A stretch of 64,000 nucleotides of DNA from Christensenellales bacterium (lineage in GTDB: Bacteria > Bacillota > Clostridia > Christensenellales > JBMNTT01). Positions 37,664 through 45,813 of the stretch are shown in pieces (within the stretch, counting starts at the first letter, position 1; each line of letters begins with the position of its first letter). A program made the translations under genes and the position numbers. The notes below the pieces were generated by a model. That model was not told where the DNA came from. It saw nothing but the letters and a program-made list of their open reading frames with translations, and did not search any database. The DNA is taken from NCBI GenBank assembly GCA_050945875.1, contig JBMNTT010000009.1, positions 4,285 through 68,284 of the forward strand, read 5' to 3'.

Positions 37664-40600
37664 TTAGGGGTGCTGACCGCCCCTGCTGGTGGCTTTATAC
37701 AGCTCGTCGAAGAGGTTCTCCACATCGATGGGTTTTGAGATGAAGCCGTTCATCCCGGCCTGTATGGCGGCGTCGACATCCTCCTTGAAGGTGTTGGCGG
37801 TCATGGCGATGATCGGAATGGTCCGGGCGTCCGGTCGCTTTAGGGCCCGAATGGCGATGGTCGCATCCAGGCCGTTCATCACGGGCATCTGGATGTCCAT
37901 GAGGATGACCTGGAAATCATTCGGGGCGCTATTGGCAAACAGCTCCGCCGCCAGCTTGCCGTTTTCCGCCCGCCGGACTGCCGCGCCTTGCATCCGCAGC
38001 AGCTCCATGGTGATCTCAGCGTTCAGGTCGTTGTCCTCCGCCAGCAGGATGGACACCCCGGCCAGTGTCCGTCGGCCAAGGGGCATCTCCACCGTCGGCT
38101 CGGACAAACGCCCCTTGGGCAGGGTGACGGTGAAATAGAAGACGCTCCCCTTGCCCCGCTCACTCCTGAGCAGCAGCTCGCCACCCATGAGTCGGACGAT
38201 GCTCCGGCTGATGGCCAGGCCCAGCCCGGTGCCTTGGCTCTTGGCGCTGTTGGAACCCACCTGCTCGAAGCTCATGAAAATGCGCTCCCGGTCCTCCGGG
38301 GAGATGCCAATGCCGCTGTCCTCCACCCGCACGGTAAAGGTCCCCTTTGACTCCGTCTGTTCACCGCCCATGAGGGACAGGCGCACCGTGCCGCCCTCCG
38401 GGGTGAACTTGAAGGCGTTGGAGAGCAGGTTCAGGATCACCTGACGCAGGCGGATGTTATCCCCCACATAAACCTGATCGCGCTGATCGCTCTCCACCAG
38501 GAACTGGAGCCCGCGCCGCTGCGCGTCGGTGGCCAGCATGCTCTCGATGTCGCACAGCAGCACGTCGAGGGAGAACGCGGCCTGCTCCAGCTCCATCCGA
38601 CCGCTCTCGATGCGGCTCATATCCAGGATGTCGTTGATCAGGCTGAGCAGATAGTGGGAGGAGGATTTGAGTTTGGCCAGATTGCTCAGCGCCTTCTGGG
38701 GCAGATCGGGCATCTGCTCTGTCAGGTCCGCCAGGCCCACAATGGCGTTCATGGGGGTACGGATCTCATGGCTCATGCGGGAGAGGAAGGTGCTCTTGGC
38801 ACGGTTGGCCTGTTCGGCCAGGGCCAGGGCGTTCTCGAGCTCCTGCTTGTTTTTCCGCTCCTCCCGAAGCATCTCGGTCACATCCGCCTGCAGAACGCAT
38901 ACGGTCCGGCGACTCCGATCGCCCCACATGACGTTGACCTTTTTGTACCGCAGGCCGTCCTGCGTGTGGTATGCGCAGACAAAGTCGTAGCCGCCGGGAT
39001 GCCGCTCGAGCTCATCGAGCAGGGTTTCCAATTTGAGCCGCTCCCGCAGCGCAAGGCACTCCTCCGGGGTACTGCCGTGGGCTCTTGCCACCGACTCGAT
39101 CCGGGTTTCATACGCCTCCACGACAAAGGCGGGCAGGTCCTCCAGCACCGTCCGCCGGGTGTGTACAACCATCCGGTCGGCGCCCACCCCGATAAAGCCG
39201 ATGAGCTCGAAGGTATAGGCCAGCATGTTGAGCAAACGCTGCTGCTCTCGGATGGAGTCCGTCACGTCGATCCGGGTCAAACACACCCGACCCAGGCGCA
39301 TGTCAATGGGGAAAACCGTCATCCGCTTGACCCGAACGCCGCCATCCGCAACGACAGAAAAATCGAAACTGTAAGTTCCGCTGTCCGCCAGCCGCTTTTG
39401 GATGTAGTCCGGCGCTAGATACTGCCGATAGCGCTCCCGATCCTTGGGCACAACCCAATGATCCAGCATGTGGGTCATCCAGTCGCGGTGGCTCCCGCTC
39501 CCCGGAGGCACGCAGCACGCGCTGGCATTTTGCGTGAACACCACAAGGTGGTCATGGATCAGGTCCAGGATCACGATATGATCATACCCGGTGTCAGAGA
39601 GCTGGCGCAACACCTGGTCTGAGATGATCTTCTCCGTGATGTCCGTCACAGTCAGGATGCCGGTGACGTCTCCAGTATCCGGCTCGGCCACCAAATTGAT
39701 CTTGCACTGGGCGTATCGAGGGACGTCCTCGCCGGGAATCTGGATCATAGCGGTGCAAACCCGCTCGGTTTGCTCGTGCGCATACGCCTCCAGCAGCGGC
39801 GCTTTGAGGAGCGTCTGCAAAAACGCTTTCCGATCCTCCGGGTCCACGATCAGCTCGGAGAAGGCGACGAAGAACGCGTCCCGCACCATGCTGAATCCCT
39901 GCGTGCATTTGCTGGCGGTGTAGTCGTTGATCTCCAGGACGATGTTTTTGTTCAGGTTGCAGTGGCCGACGATCAGGGTGTTGGGGTCGGGCGTACGGTA
40001 GTGCTGCAGGAGCATCTGCCGGTACTGCTCACGGATGCGCTCCTGCTCCTCCCGCTCCCGGGTGACATCGCGGAAAAAGATGTACAGCCGCATTTTGTTG
40101 TCCACACTGGGCAGCATGGACAGCGTGTTTTTGACCCAGATGTACCCATCCTGGCCATACCGCAGCCGATAGATGGCCTCAATGTGGCGATCCCCGCGGG
40201 CCATCGCCTCATACATCCGCCGCTGCAGCTGCGGAAGGTCTTCCGGGTGGACGCCGGCCATGGAGTCCTCCCTGTAGAGCGCCCAGGCCTCCTCCAGCGT
40301 CATCCCGGTCATGGCCGCAAAGCCGCTGGAGAGAAATTCTGGCACGAGACGGCCATTTGACCAGCATCCCACCGCCACGCCGCCGGGCAGGCTCTCCACC
40401 AGCGTGTGGAAGTACTGCTCCAGCTGCTCCTTCTCCTTGCGGGTATCCTCCTCCTGCGTCACATCCCGCAGGTATTGGATGTAGGCGGGGATGCCGTTCC
40501 AAACCGTTTCTCGGTAGCGGACGCGGTAGGTCCCGCCATTCCACGCGCAGATCAGCTCGCTATCCTCGCCGGGCGCCTTTTGGGAAAAGTTGCAGCCCGG

Positions 40601-41944
40601 ACAGGGCGCCGCATTCCCATGCAGGGCGGCATAGCACTTGTCTCCGATGCGATAGGTCCCGCCGGGAAAGAGCTGCTTCGTCTCGTGAAAATAGAGCAGC
40701 TCGTAGTTGCTCCGGTCGATGACATAGATGGCGTCGGCCGCCTCGTTGGCCAGCTCCAGATACATACGACTCTCCTCAGACATACCGGTGTAGGAGGCGT
40801 AGAACTTCGCCGATTCGGTGAGCGGGCCGATGCGTCGGCCACTCATATGCACCCAGATCAGGCCGTCGGTCCGGTGATGGGCCCGGAAGGATAGGTTCAG
40901 CAGCGCTCCCGTGCAAAACGCCTGATTGACGGCGCTGCGCACCCGGTCCCAGTCCTCCCGATAGATGATGCGGAAGGGGTCCTGCCGGATGATCTGGGAG
41001 AACGCCTCCCGGGTGTACCCCACCAGGGCGGGCACGCCGTCCGAGATGAAGCCGGGGATGAACGCGCCGTTTTTGACCCGGTAGCTGGCCACACCGCCGG
41101 AAATGGTGTTGACCAGATGGTTCATCTCCTCCTGGGTCTCTTTCAGGTCGGTGATGTTGTGGAACACACAGCGGAACAGCGGCGCGCCATCCTCCTCGCC
41201 GATCTGCTTGGCCTGGATGCGAACCCAGACGACGTGCCCATCCCGGTGCAGCTTGCGAAATTCGCCGGCCACCACCGTGTGCTCCTGGATCGCCCGGTGG
41301 GCCAGTTCTATCAGCATCTCCCGGTCCTGTGGGTAGACAAACAGGGCGGCATCGTTCTGGATCAGCTCCCTGTACTCCGCCACCGTGTAGCCGGTCAACT
41401 CCGGCACGCCATTGGAAAAGAAGACCGTCTCAAACTTGTCCGTCAACTTGTAGATGGCCACGCCGCCGGGGATGGCGTTGACAATGTCCTGCATCTTCTC
41501 GTTGGCGTCGATCAGTTCGCTCTCCAGCAGCCGCTCCCCGGAGACGTCGGTATAAACGCCGTAGAAAACCAGCGACCCATCCGGCTGACGCTGCCAGTTT
41601 CCCTCCAGGCGGATCCAGCGGTATGCGCCAGCCTGGTCATGGAACATGCGAAAGGTGTAGGTCATCTCTCCGCCGTCGCGCATCGCGGCCTTCGCCCGGG
41701 CCATGAACCCGGGCAGGTCGTCCCCGTGCATGCCGATAAAGGTGTCCTGATGCTGGAGCTGCGCGATATGCGCCTGCGAATAACCCAGCACCCGATAAAA
41801 TGCTGGGTTTAAGTAGACCGGGCAAAAGTGCCCATCCATCAGGCGATAAATGGCCAGGCCGCTGGGCAGGCGATCTAGAATTAGCCGCGTCTCGGGGGCG
41901 ATCGCGTCGGCGATAGCGCCGCTTTTTCCGTCCATCCCTGTCAT
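37664..41944 (-). CDS. cytoplasmic multi-PAS hybrid sensor histidine kinase/response regulator (1426 aa)
   Basis: No obvious TM segment. Many tandem PAS/PAC-like modules, H-box [16 protein letters not shown], HATPase (GTGLGLAI), REC ([12 protein letters not shown]). The start overlaps the Hpt stop (ATGA). Confidence 0.9.
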   Translation of the reverse strand: MTGMDGKSGAIADAIAPETRLILDRLPSGLAIYRLMDGHFCPVYLNPAFYRVLGYSQAHIAQLQHQDTFIGMHGDDLPGFMARAKAAMRDGGEMTYTFRMFHDQAGAYRWIRLEGNWQRQPDGSLVFYGVYTDVSGERLLESELIDANEKMQDIVNAIPGGVAIYKLTDKFETVFFSNGVPELTGYTVAEYRELIQNDAALFVYPQDREMLIELAHRAIQEHTVVAGEFRKLHRDGHVVWVRIQAKQIGEEDGAPLFRCVFHNITDLKETQEEMNHLVNTISGGVASYRVKNGAFIPGFISDGVPALVGYTREAFSQIIRQDPFRIIYREDWDRVRSAVNQAFCTGALLNLSFRAHHRTDGLIWVHMSGRRIGPLTESAKFYASYTGMSEESRMYLELANEAADAIYVIDRSNYELLYFHETKQLFPGGTYRIGDKCYAALHGNAAPCPGCNFSQKAPGEDSELICAWNGGTYRVRYRETVWNGIPAYIQYLRDVTQEEDTRKEKEQLEQYFHTLVESLPGGVAVGCWSNGRLVPEFLSSGFAAMTGMTLEEAWALYREDSMAGVHPEDLPQLQRRMYEAMARGDRHIEAIYRLRYGQDGYIWVKNTLSMLPSVDNKMRLYIFFRDVTREREEQERIREQYRQMLLQHYRTPDPNTLIVGHCNLNKNIVLEINDYTASKCTQGFSMVRDAFFVAFSELIVDPEDRKAFLQTLLKAPLLEAYAHEQTERVCTAMIQIPGEDVPRYAQCKINLVAEPDTGDVTGILTVTDITEKIISDQVLRQLSDTGYDHIVILDLIHDHLVVFTQNASACCVPPGSGSHRDWMTHMLDHWVVPKDRERYRQYLAPDYIQKRLADSGTYSFDFSVVADGGVRVKRMTVFPIDMRLGRVCLTRIDVTDSIREQQRLLNMLAYTFELIGFIGVGADRMVVHTRRTVLEDLPAFVVEAYETRIESVARAHGSTPEECLALRERLKLETLLDELERHPGGYDFVCAYHTQDGLRYKKVNVMWGDRSRRTVCVLQADVTEMLREERKNKQELENALALAEQANRAKSTFLSRMSHEIRTPMNAIVGLADLTEQMPDLPQKALSNLAKLKSSSHYLLSLINDILDMSRIESGRMELEQAAFSLDVLLCDIESMLATDAQRRGLQFLVESDQRDQVYVGDNIRLRQVILNLLSNAFKFTPEGGTVRLSLMGGEQTESKGTFTVRVEDSGIGISPEDRERIFMSFEQVGSNSAKSQGTGLGLAISRSIVRLMGGELLLRSERGKGSVFYFTVTLPKGRLSEPTVEMPLGRRTLAGVSILLAEDNDLNAEITMELLRMQGAAVRRAENGKLAAELFANSAPNDFQVILMDIQMPVMNGLDATIAIRALKRPDARTIPIIAMTANTFKEDVDAAIQAGMNGFISKPIDVENLFDELYKATSRGGQHP

Positions 41945-42303
41945 CCCTCCTCAAGCTGCCGCCGCAGCCGCGCAACTTTGTCAAACTCGTCCGCAATGGC
42001 CTGGCTCATGGCGGGATAATCCGCATCGGGGTCCCGTCTGCGCAGCGGCTCCACAATCTGGCAAATTGCAGCATAAAGGGGCGTCAGGCCCAGATTGCCT
42101 GTCACCCCTTTGAGCGTGTGCGCCGCCTGAAAGGCGCCCTCCAAATCCCCAGCGATCAGCGCCGCCTTGAGCTTGCTAAAGCTGTCGTCCTCAAACAGCA
42201 TGGGCAATAATCTGCGATACAGCGCCTCGTTGCCCATAAAGCGACCCATGGTCGCCTCGTAGTCCCCGCCATAAGCCTCAAATCGTTCTCTAAAGTCAGC
42301 CAT
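41941..42303 (-). CDS. Hpt domain phosphotransfer protein
   Basis: 120 aa from the ATG at 42303 (RBS GAGGGGGAG). Phospho-His motif FQAAHTLKGVTGNLGL. Confidence 0.8.
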   Translation of the reverse strand: MADFRERFEAYGGDYEATMGRFMGNEALYRRLLPMLFEDDSFSKLKAALIAGDLEGAFQAAHTLKGVTGNLGLTPLYAAICQIVEPLRRRDPDADYPAMSQAIADEFDKVARLRRQLEEG

Positions 42304-42356
42304 GCCCTCTCCCCCTCTTTCCCATCCGTGAAGGCCTCCCCCGGCCATCAGGGATG

Positions 42357-44945
42357 CTACCCCCGCCAAAGTCTGCAGCCCCGCTTCCGCTCGCGTTTTG
42401 CCTCGTAGAGGGCCTCGTCCGCCCGGCGGAGAATCTCATCGATCTCGTCGCCCTCGTGCCAGAGAGCGACCCCTGCCGAGCAGTATACGGGAATCCGCTC
42501 GCCGCAGCACTCCTGCTCAATGGCGCGGCAGATTTCGTCGCCCTTGTGAACCGCGCTCTGCGCGCAGCCCACGTGCTTGAGGATCACCACGAATTCGTCC
42601 CCGCCAAATCGGGCCAGGATATCGGTATCCCGGGTGCGTTCCCGCAGTCGTCGTGCAAAACCCCTTAACAGCTCATCCCCGGCGGTGTGGCCCATGGCGT
42701 CGTTGATCTTCTTCATGTCGTCCAGGTCGAACATGCAGACCGCCGCGGGCGCGTCCTTATCCCGGAGCATCGCCACGGACGCGTACATCCCCCGGCGGTT
42801 GAGCAGACCGGTGAGATAGTCCTGGTAAGCCGCGTCCTCCAGTCTGCATCCCCGCTCCCACACATCCACATAGCCGACGGCGCGGCGGAACCGATGCCGC
42901 AGGTTTTTGGCGGAGTAGGGTTTGTTGATAAAATCGTCCGCCCCGACCTCCAGCGCTTGCTCCTCCAGCCTCAACCCCCAGGGTGCAGTGGCAATCACCG
43001 GGACGTTCCAGACCGTTCGCTCCCGCTGTAGGTCCTTCAGGGTGTGAAAGCCGTCGGACCCTGGCAGCGTCAGGCTCAGCAGCACGCCGGCGAGCCGGCG
43101 ACCGTACGAGGCGACACATTCGCGCACAGCGGCGGCATGCTCTACCTCCACCACTTCATACGCGTCGCCGAACATTTCCCGCGCCATGGCCCGGTACGCC
43201 GCGTCCTCGTCGGCCACCAGAAGGGCCCTTTTCGGCTGATGCGTCTGCGGATGGTCGCCGTCCTCCTCCACCTCGCCGGTGCGGAACAGCTCCTCAAACT
43301 GGGACATGGGCATGGGCTTAGCAAAGTAAAAGCCTTGCACGTAGGTGCATCCGATTTCCCGCAGGTATTCCAGCTGCTCCCGGGTCTCCACCCCCTCGGC
43401 CACCACGCTCAGCCCCATGGTCATGGCCATATCCATGATAAAGCGGAGGATGCCCCGATCCAGGGGCTTAGCCGTCTCGCTCTGGACGAAGCGCATATCC
43501 AGCTTCAAGATGTCCACCGGCATGCTGTTGAGCATATTCAGGGAGGAGTACCCGCTGCCAAAGTCGTCCATCTCCACCACAAAGCCCAGATCCCGCAGCC
43601 GGCGCACCGTCTCCACGATCTGATGGGGATTCTCCGTGTAGGCGCTCTCGGTGATCTCCAGATGCAGGCGGGACGGGGACAGACCGTACTTGGCAACCAC
43701 GCCGACCAGAATATCGGCGATATCCGCATTATAGATATCCGCCCGGGATACGTTGACCGAAATCGGGATATGAGGATAGCCCTTCTCATCCCAGCGCTTG
43801 AGCATAGCGCAGGATTTCTCCCACACATACTGATCCAGCCGGGTAATAAAACCGTTTTTCTCAAAGAGCGGAATAAAAAGCCCCGGCGACAGGAAGCCAC
43901 GATTGGGGTGATCCCAGCGGACCAGGGCCTCAGCGCCGGAGAGCTTGGAATTTTTGACGGTATATTTCGGCTGGAGATAGACGGCGAACTGATCTTGCTC
44001 CAGCGCGGTCTCCATGCTGTTGGTGATGGCCTGCTCCATCAGCATCTTGCCGCGCAGGGCGTCGTCGTAAAAAGCAACATGCTTGTCAAAATGACCCTTG
44101 ATGCTGTTGACGGCGAAGAACAACCGGTCGCACATCTGCTCGACGTGCACCGATCGGTCCTCGATGGCGTAAACGCCCCATTTCATCAGAATACTCTTGG
44201 AGCCGGAGATTTCGTTGATCCGCGCTTCCAGCGCGGCAAAATATTCCTCCCGGTACTCCTGGCGGCGCTCGATCAGGCAGACAAACTGATCCGCGTTGAA
44301 TCGCCCGCAGATGCCTTGGCTGCCGATCAGCTTGGCGTACAGCTCGCCGATTGCGATCAGCAGGCTGTCCCCGGCGGCCAGGCCGAACACAGCGTTGATC
44401 AGTTTGAAGTTTTCGATATCTGAACAGATCAGGTCATACGCCTTGTCGGGGTTCTGCCGCAGGACCTCCCCGACCCGCTGATAAAAATAGTCCTTGCTGT
44501 AGAACCCCGTCAGCCGATCGTACTTAAACTGGTTAATCATCGCGGCGGTCTCCCGCAGGTTGATGATGCTGGCGACCCGATGCAGAATCACCTGAGGCTT
44601 ATAGGGCTTGGCCACAAAATCGGTGGCGCCCTGAGACAGGGCCGTCACCTCATCCGCTTCGCTGTCGCTCTGGGTGGTGACAATGACGGGGATGGACGCG
44701 TAGGCGGGATTGCCCTTCATGACGGACAAAAAAGTATACCCGTCCATCACGGGCATGATCAGGTCCAGCAGAATCAGGGAGATATCGTCCCGCTCTTTTT
44801 CGAGAACCGCCAACGCCTCCTGGCCGTTTTCCGCCTCCAGAACCTTGTAGCGCGGCGAGAGAATCGCTGTCAGGGTCGCGCGGTTGATGAAATTGTCCTC
44901 CACCACCAGGATCGTCTTTTGACCCACCAATCCTACTTCCCCCAT
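42357..44945 (-). CDS. response regulator with REC - degenerate GGDEF - EAL - pseudo-REC - GGDEF architecture
   Basis: REC1 (ILVVEDN...LILLDLIMPVMDG). GGDEF-like domain with RFNADQF in place of GGDEF. EAL domain (EALVRW, DDFGSGYSS, EGVET). REC2 with Ser at the phospho-Asp position (VLLSLTLPGSDG). Intact RFGGDEFVVIL domain. Confidence 0.9.
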   Translation of the reverse strand: MGEVGLVGQKTILVVEDNFINRATLTAILSPRYKVLEAENGQEALAVLEKERDDISLILLDLIMPVMDGYTFLSVMKGNPAYASIPVIVTTQSDSEADEVTALSQGATDFVAKPYKPQVILHRVASIINLRETAAMINQFKYDRLTGFYSKDYFYQRVGEVLRQNPDKAYDLICSDIENFKLINAVFGLAAGDSLLIAIGELYAKLIGSQGICGRFNADQFVCLIERRQEYREEYFAALEARINEISGSKSILMKWGVYAIEDRSVHVEQMCDRLFFAVNSIKGHFDKHVAFYDDALRGKMLMEQAITNSMETALEQDQFAVYLQPKYTVKNSKLSGAEALVRWDHPNRGFLSPGLFIPLFEKNGFITRLDQYVWEKSCAMLKRWDEKGYPHIPISVNVSRADIYNADIADILVGVVAKYGLSPSRLHLEITESAYTENPHQIVETVRRLRDLGFVVEMDDFGSGYSSLNMLNSMPVDILKLDMRFVQSETAKPLDRGILRFIMDMAMTMGLSVVAEGVETREQLEYLREIGCTYVQGFYFAKPMPMSQFEELFRTGEVEEDGDHPQTHQPKRALLVADEDAAYRAMAREMFGDAYEVVEVEHAAAVRECVASYGRRLAGVLLSLTLPGSDGFHTLKDLQRERTVWNVPVIATAPWGLRLEEQALEVGADDFINKPYSAKNLRHRFRRAVGYVDVWERGCRLEDAAYQDYLTGLLNRRGMYASVAMLRDKDAPAAVCMFDLDDMKKINDAMGHTAGDELLRGFARRLRERTRDTDILARFGGDEFVVILKHVGCAQSAVHKGDEICRAIEQECCGERIPVYCSAGVALWHEGDEIDEILRRADEALYEAKRERKRGCRLWRG

Positions 44946-45020
44946 TCTACATCGCCATATCCAAGGTCGATCGTTGGTTGTCGCTCGGAGTCGATGTCGC
45001 CCATATATACACGTATTTCT

Positions 45021-45049
45021 ATCATAGCATCCTCGCCTATTTCAGGCAA
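45021..45049 (-). promoter_or_regulatory. candidate sigma-A promoter of the signalling operon
   Basis: Minus strand TTGCCT (45044-45049), 17 nt, TATGAT (45021-45026), about 70 nt upstream of the regulator start. Confidence 0.45.
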
Positions 45050-45152
45050 CCTAATTGGTGACTTTTTCTGAAATTTGTCGTTACCGGCAGGCCGCTGCGC
45101 GAGATTTTTCGGCCTTCCGGGAATGTCGCCATGCCAGTTCGCTAAGGCAAAC

Positions 45153-45190
45153 GCGGAGCCAGGCGCGCATACGCCTGGCTCCGCTCTTTT
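45153..45190 (+). terminator. orphan intrinsic-terminator-like hairpin (plus-strand polarity)
   Basis: Perfect 13-bp stem GCGGAGCCAGGCG / CGCCTGGCTCCGC, 6-nt loop, followed by TCTTTT. No plus-strand gene upstream. Confidence 0.5.
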
Positions 45191-45545
45191 GGGCTCCATG
45201 TCGGACCAACCGCCGTCGATTGGAAATTCCCTGTCCGGCTAAGAAGCCTCGCCGCCAAGCTGGGATTCGTGCCAAAAGGAGCGCTTCTGAGCAGAGAAAC
45301 GTTGACAAAAGTAGATACCCGTTCCGGCGCAAGCGCTAAATGAAATCGACAGTGCCGAGCACACTTTTTGGCGGGGACTAATACGGCGCATTTTGCGATA
45401 TAAAAGGGGTTCGGAAATCAAAGCAAAAGGCTGCCATGCACCACCACTCGGAGTCTGGGCGGGAAATCCGGCCCGCCATGGAAAAGCGCCGGAAACAGAA
45501 AAAGCCCGGAAAGCCCACAGATAGCGGGTTTCCCGGACACAAACG

Positions 45546-45579
45546 AAAAATAGCCTCCCGAAATGGGAAGCTATTTTTC
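45546..45579 (-). terminator. intrinsic terminator downstream of tRNA-Leu
   Basis: TAGCCTCCC-GAAA-TGGGAAGCTA hairpin flanked by an A-run and a T-run. On the minus strand it follows the tRNA by about 25 nt and ends in TTTTT. Confidence 0.6.
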
Positions 45580-45603
45580 TATCATAAAGTTTATCCTTTG
45601 ATT

Positions 45604-45690
45604 TGGTGCGGGTGGAGGGACTCGAACCCTCACGCCTTTGCAGGCTCGGGATTTTAAGTCCCGTGCGTCTGCCGATTCCGCCACACCCGC
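45604..45690 (-). tRNA. tRNA-Leu (anticodon UAA), CCA encoded
   Basis: Reverse complement GCGGGTGTGGCGGAATCGGCAGACGCACGGGACTTAAAATCCCGAGCCTGCAAAGGCGTGAGGGTTCGAGTCCCTCCACCCGCACCA. 7-bp acceptor stem, anticodon stem CGGGA/TCCCG with loop CT-TAA-AA, long variable arm, T-arm GAGGG-TTCGAGT-CCCTC. Confidence 0.95.
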
Positions 45691-45707
45691 ATGAAAGGAA
45701 CATCAAC

Positions 45708-45736
45708 ATCATAACACTCAACGATGTTTCTGACAA
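45708..45736 (-). promoter_or_regulatory. candidate promoter for tRNA-Leu
   Basis: Minus strand TTGTCA (45731-45736), 17 nt, TATGAT (45708-45713), about 18 nt before the mature tRNA 5' end. Confidence 0.4.
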
Positions 45737-45813
45737 GACTTTCGTCGCGAGCGCTTCACACGCAACAACAAGGCCGACACGCGCTTGGCATGCCGGCCTT
45801 TGTATAGATAGGA

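Noticed and set aside
37456-37725. 68-aa minus-strand ORF (37519..37725) in and next to the 208-bp spacer between the two hybrid kinase genes
   Set aside because: It overlaps the 3' end of the upstream kinase gene in another frame, has no RBS, and has no recognisable motif. The spacer more likely carries only the RBS and leader of the downstream kinase.
45140-45200. Possible c-di-GMP-I (GEMM) riboswitch, because of AAGGCAAACGCGG next to c-di-GMP genes
   Set aside because: Only the GGCAAAC heptamer matches. The conserved GACGCAAAGCC element, the tetraloop/receptor features and a downstream regulated gene are all absent.
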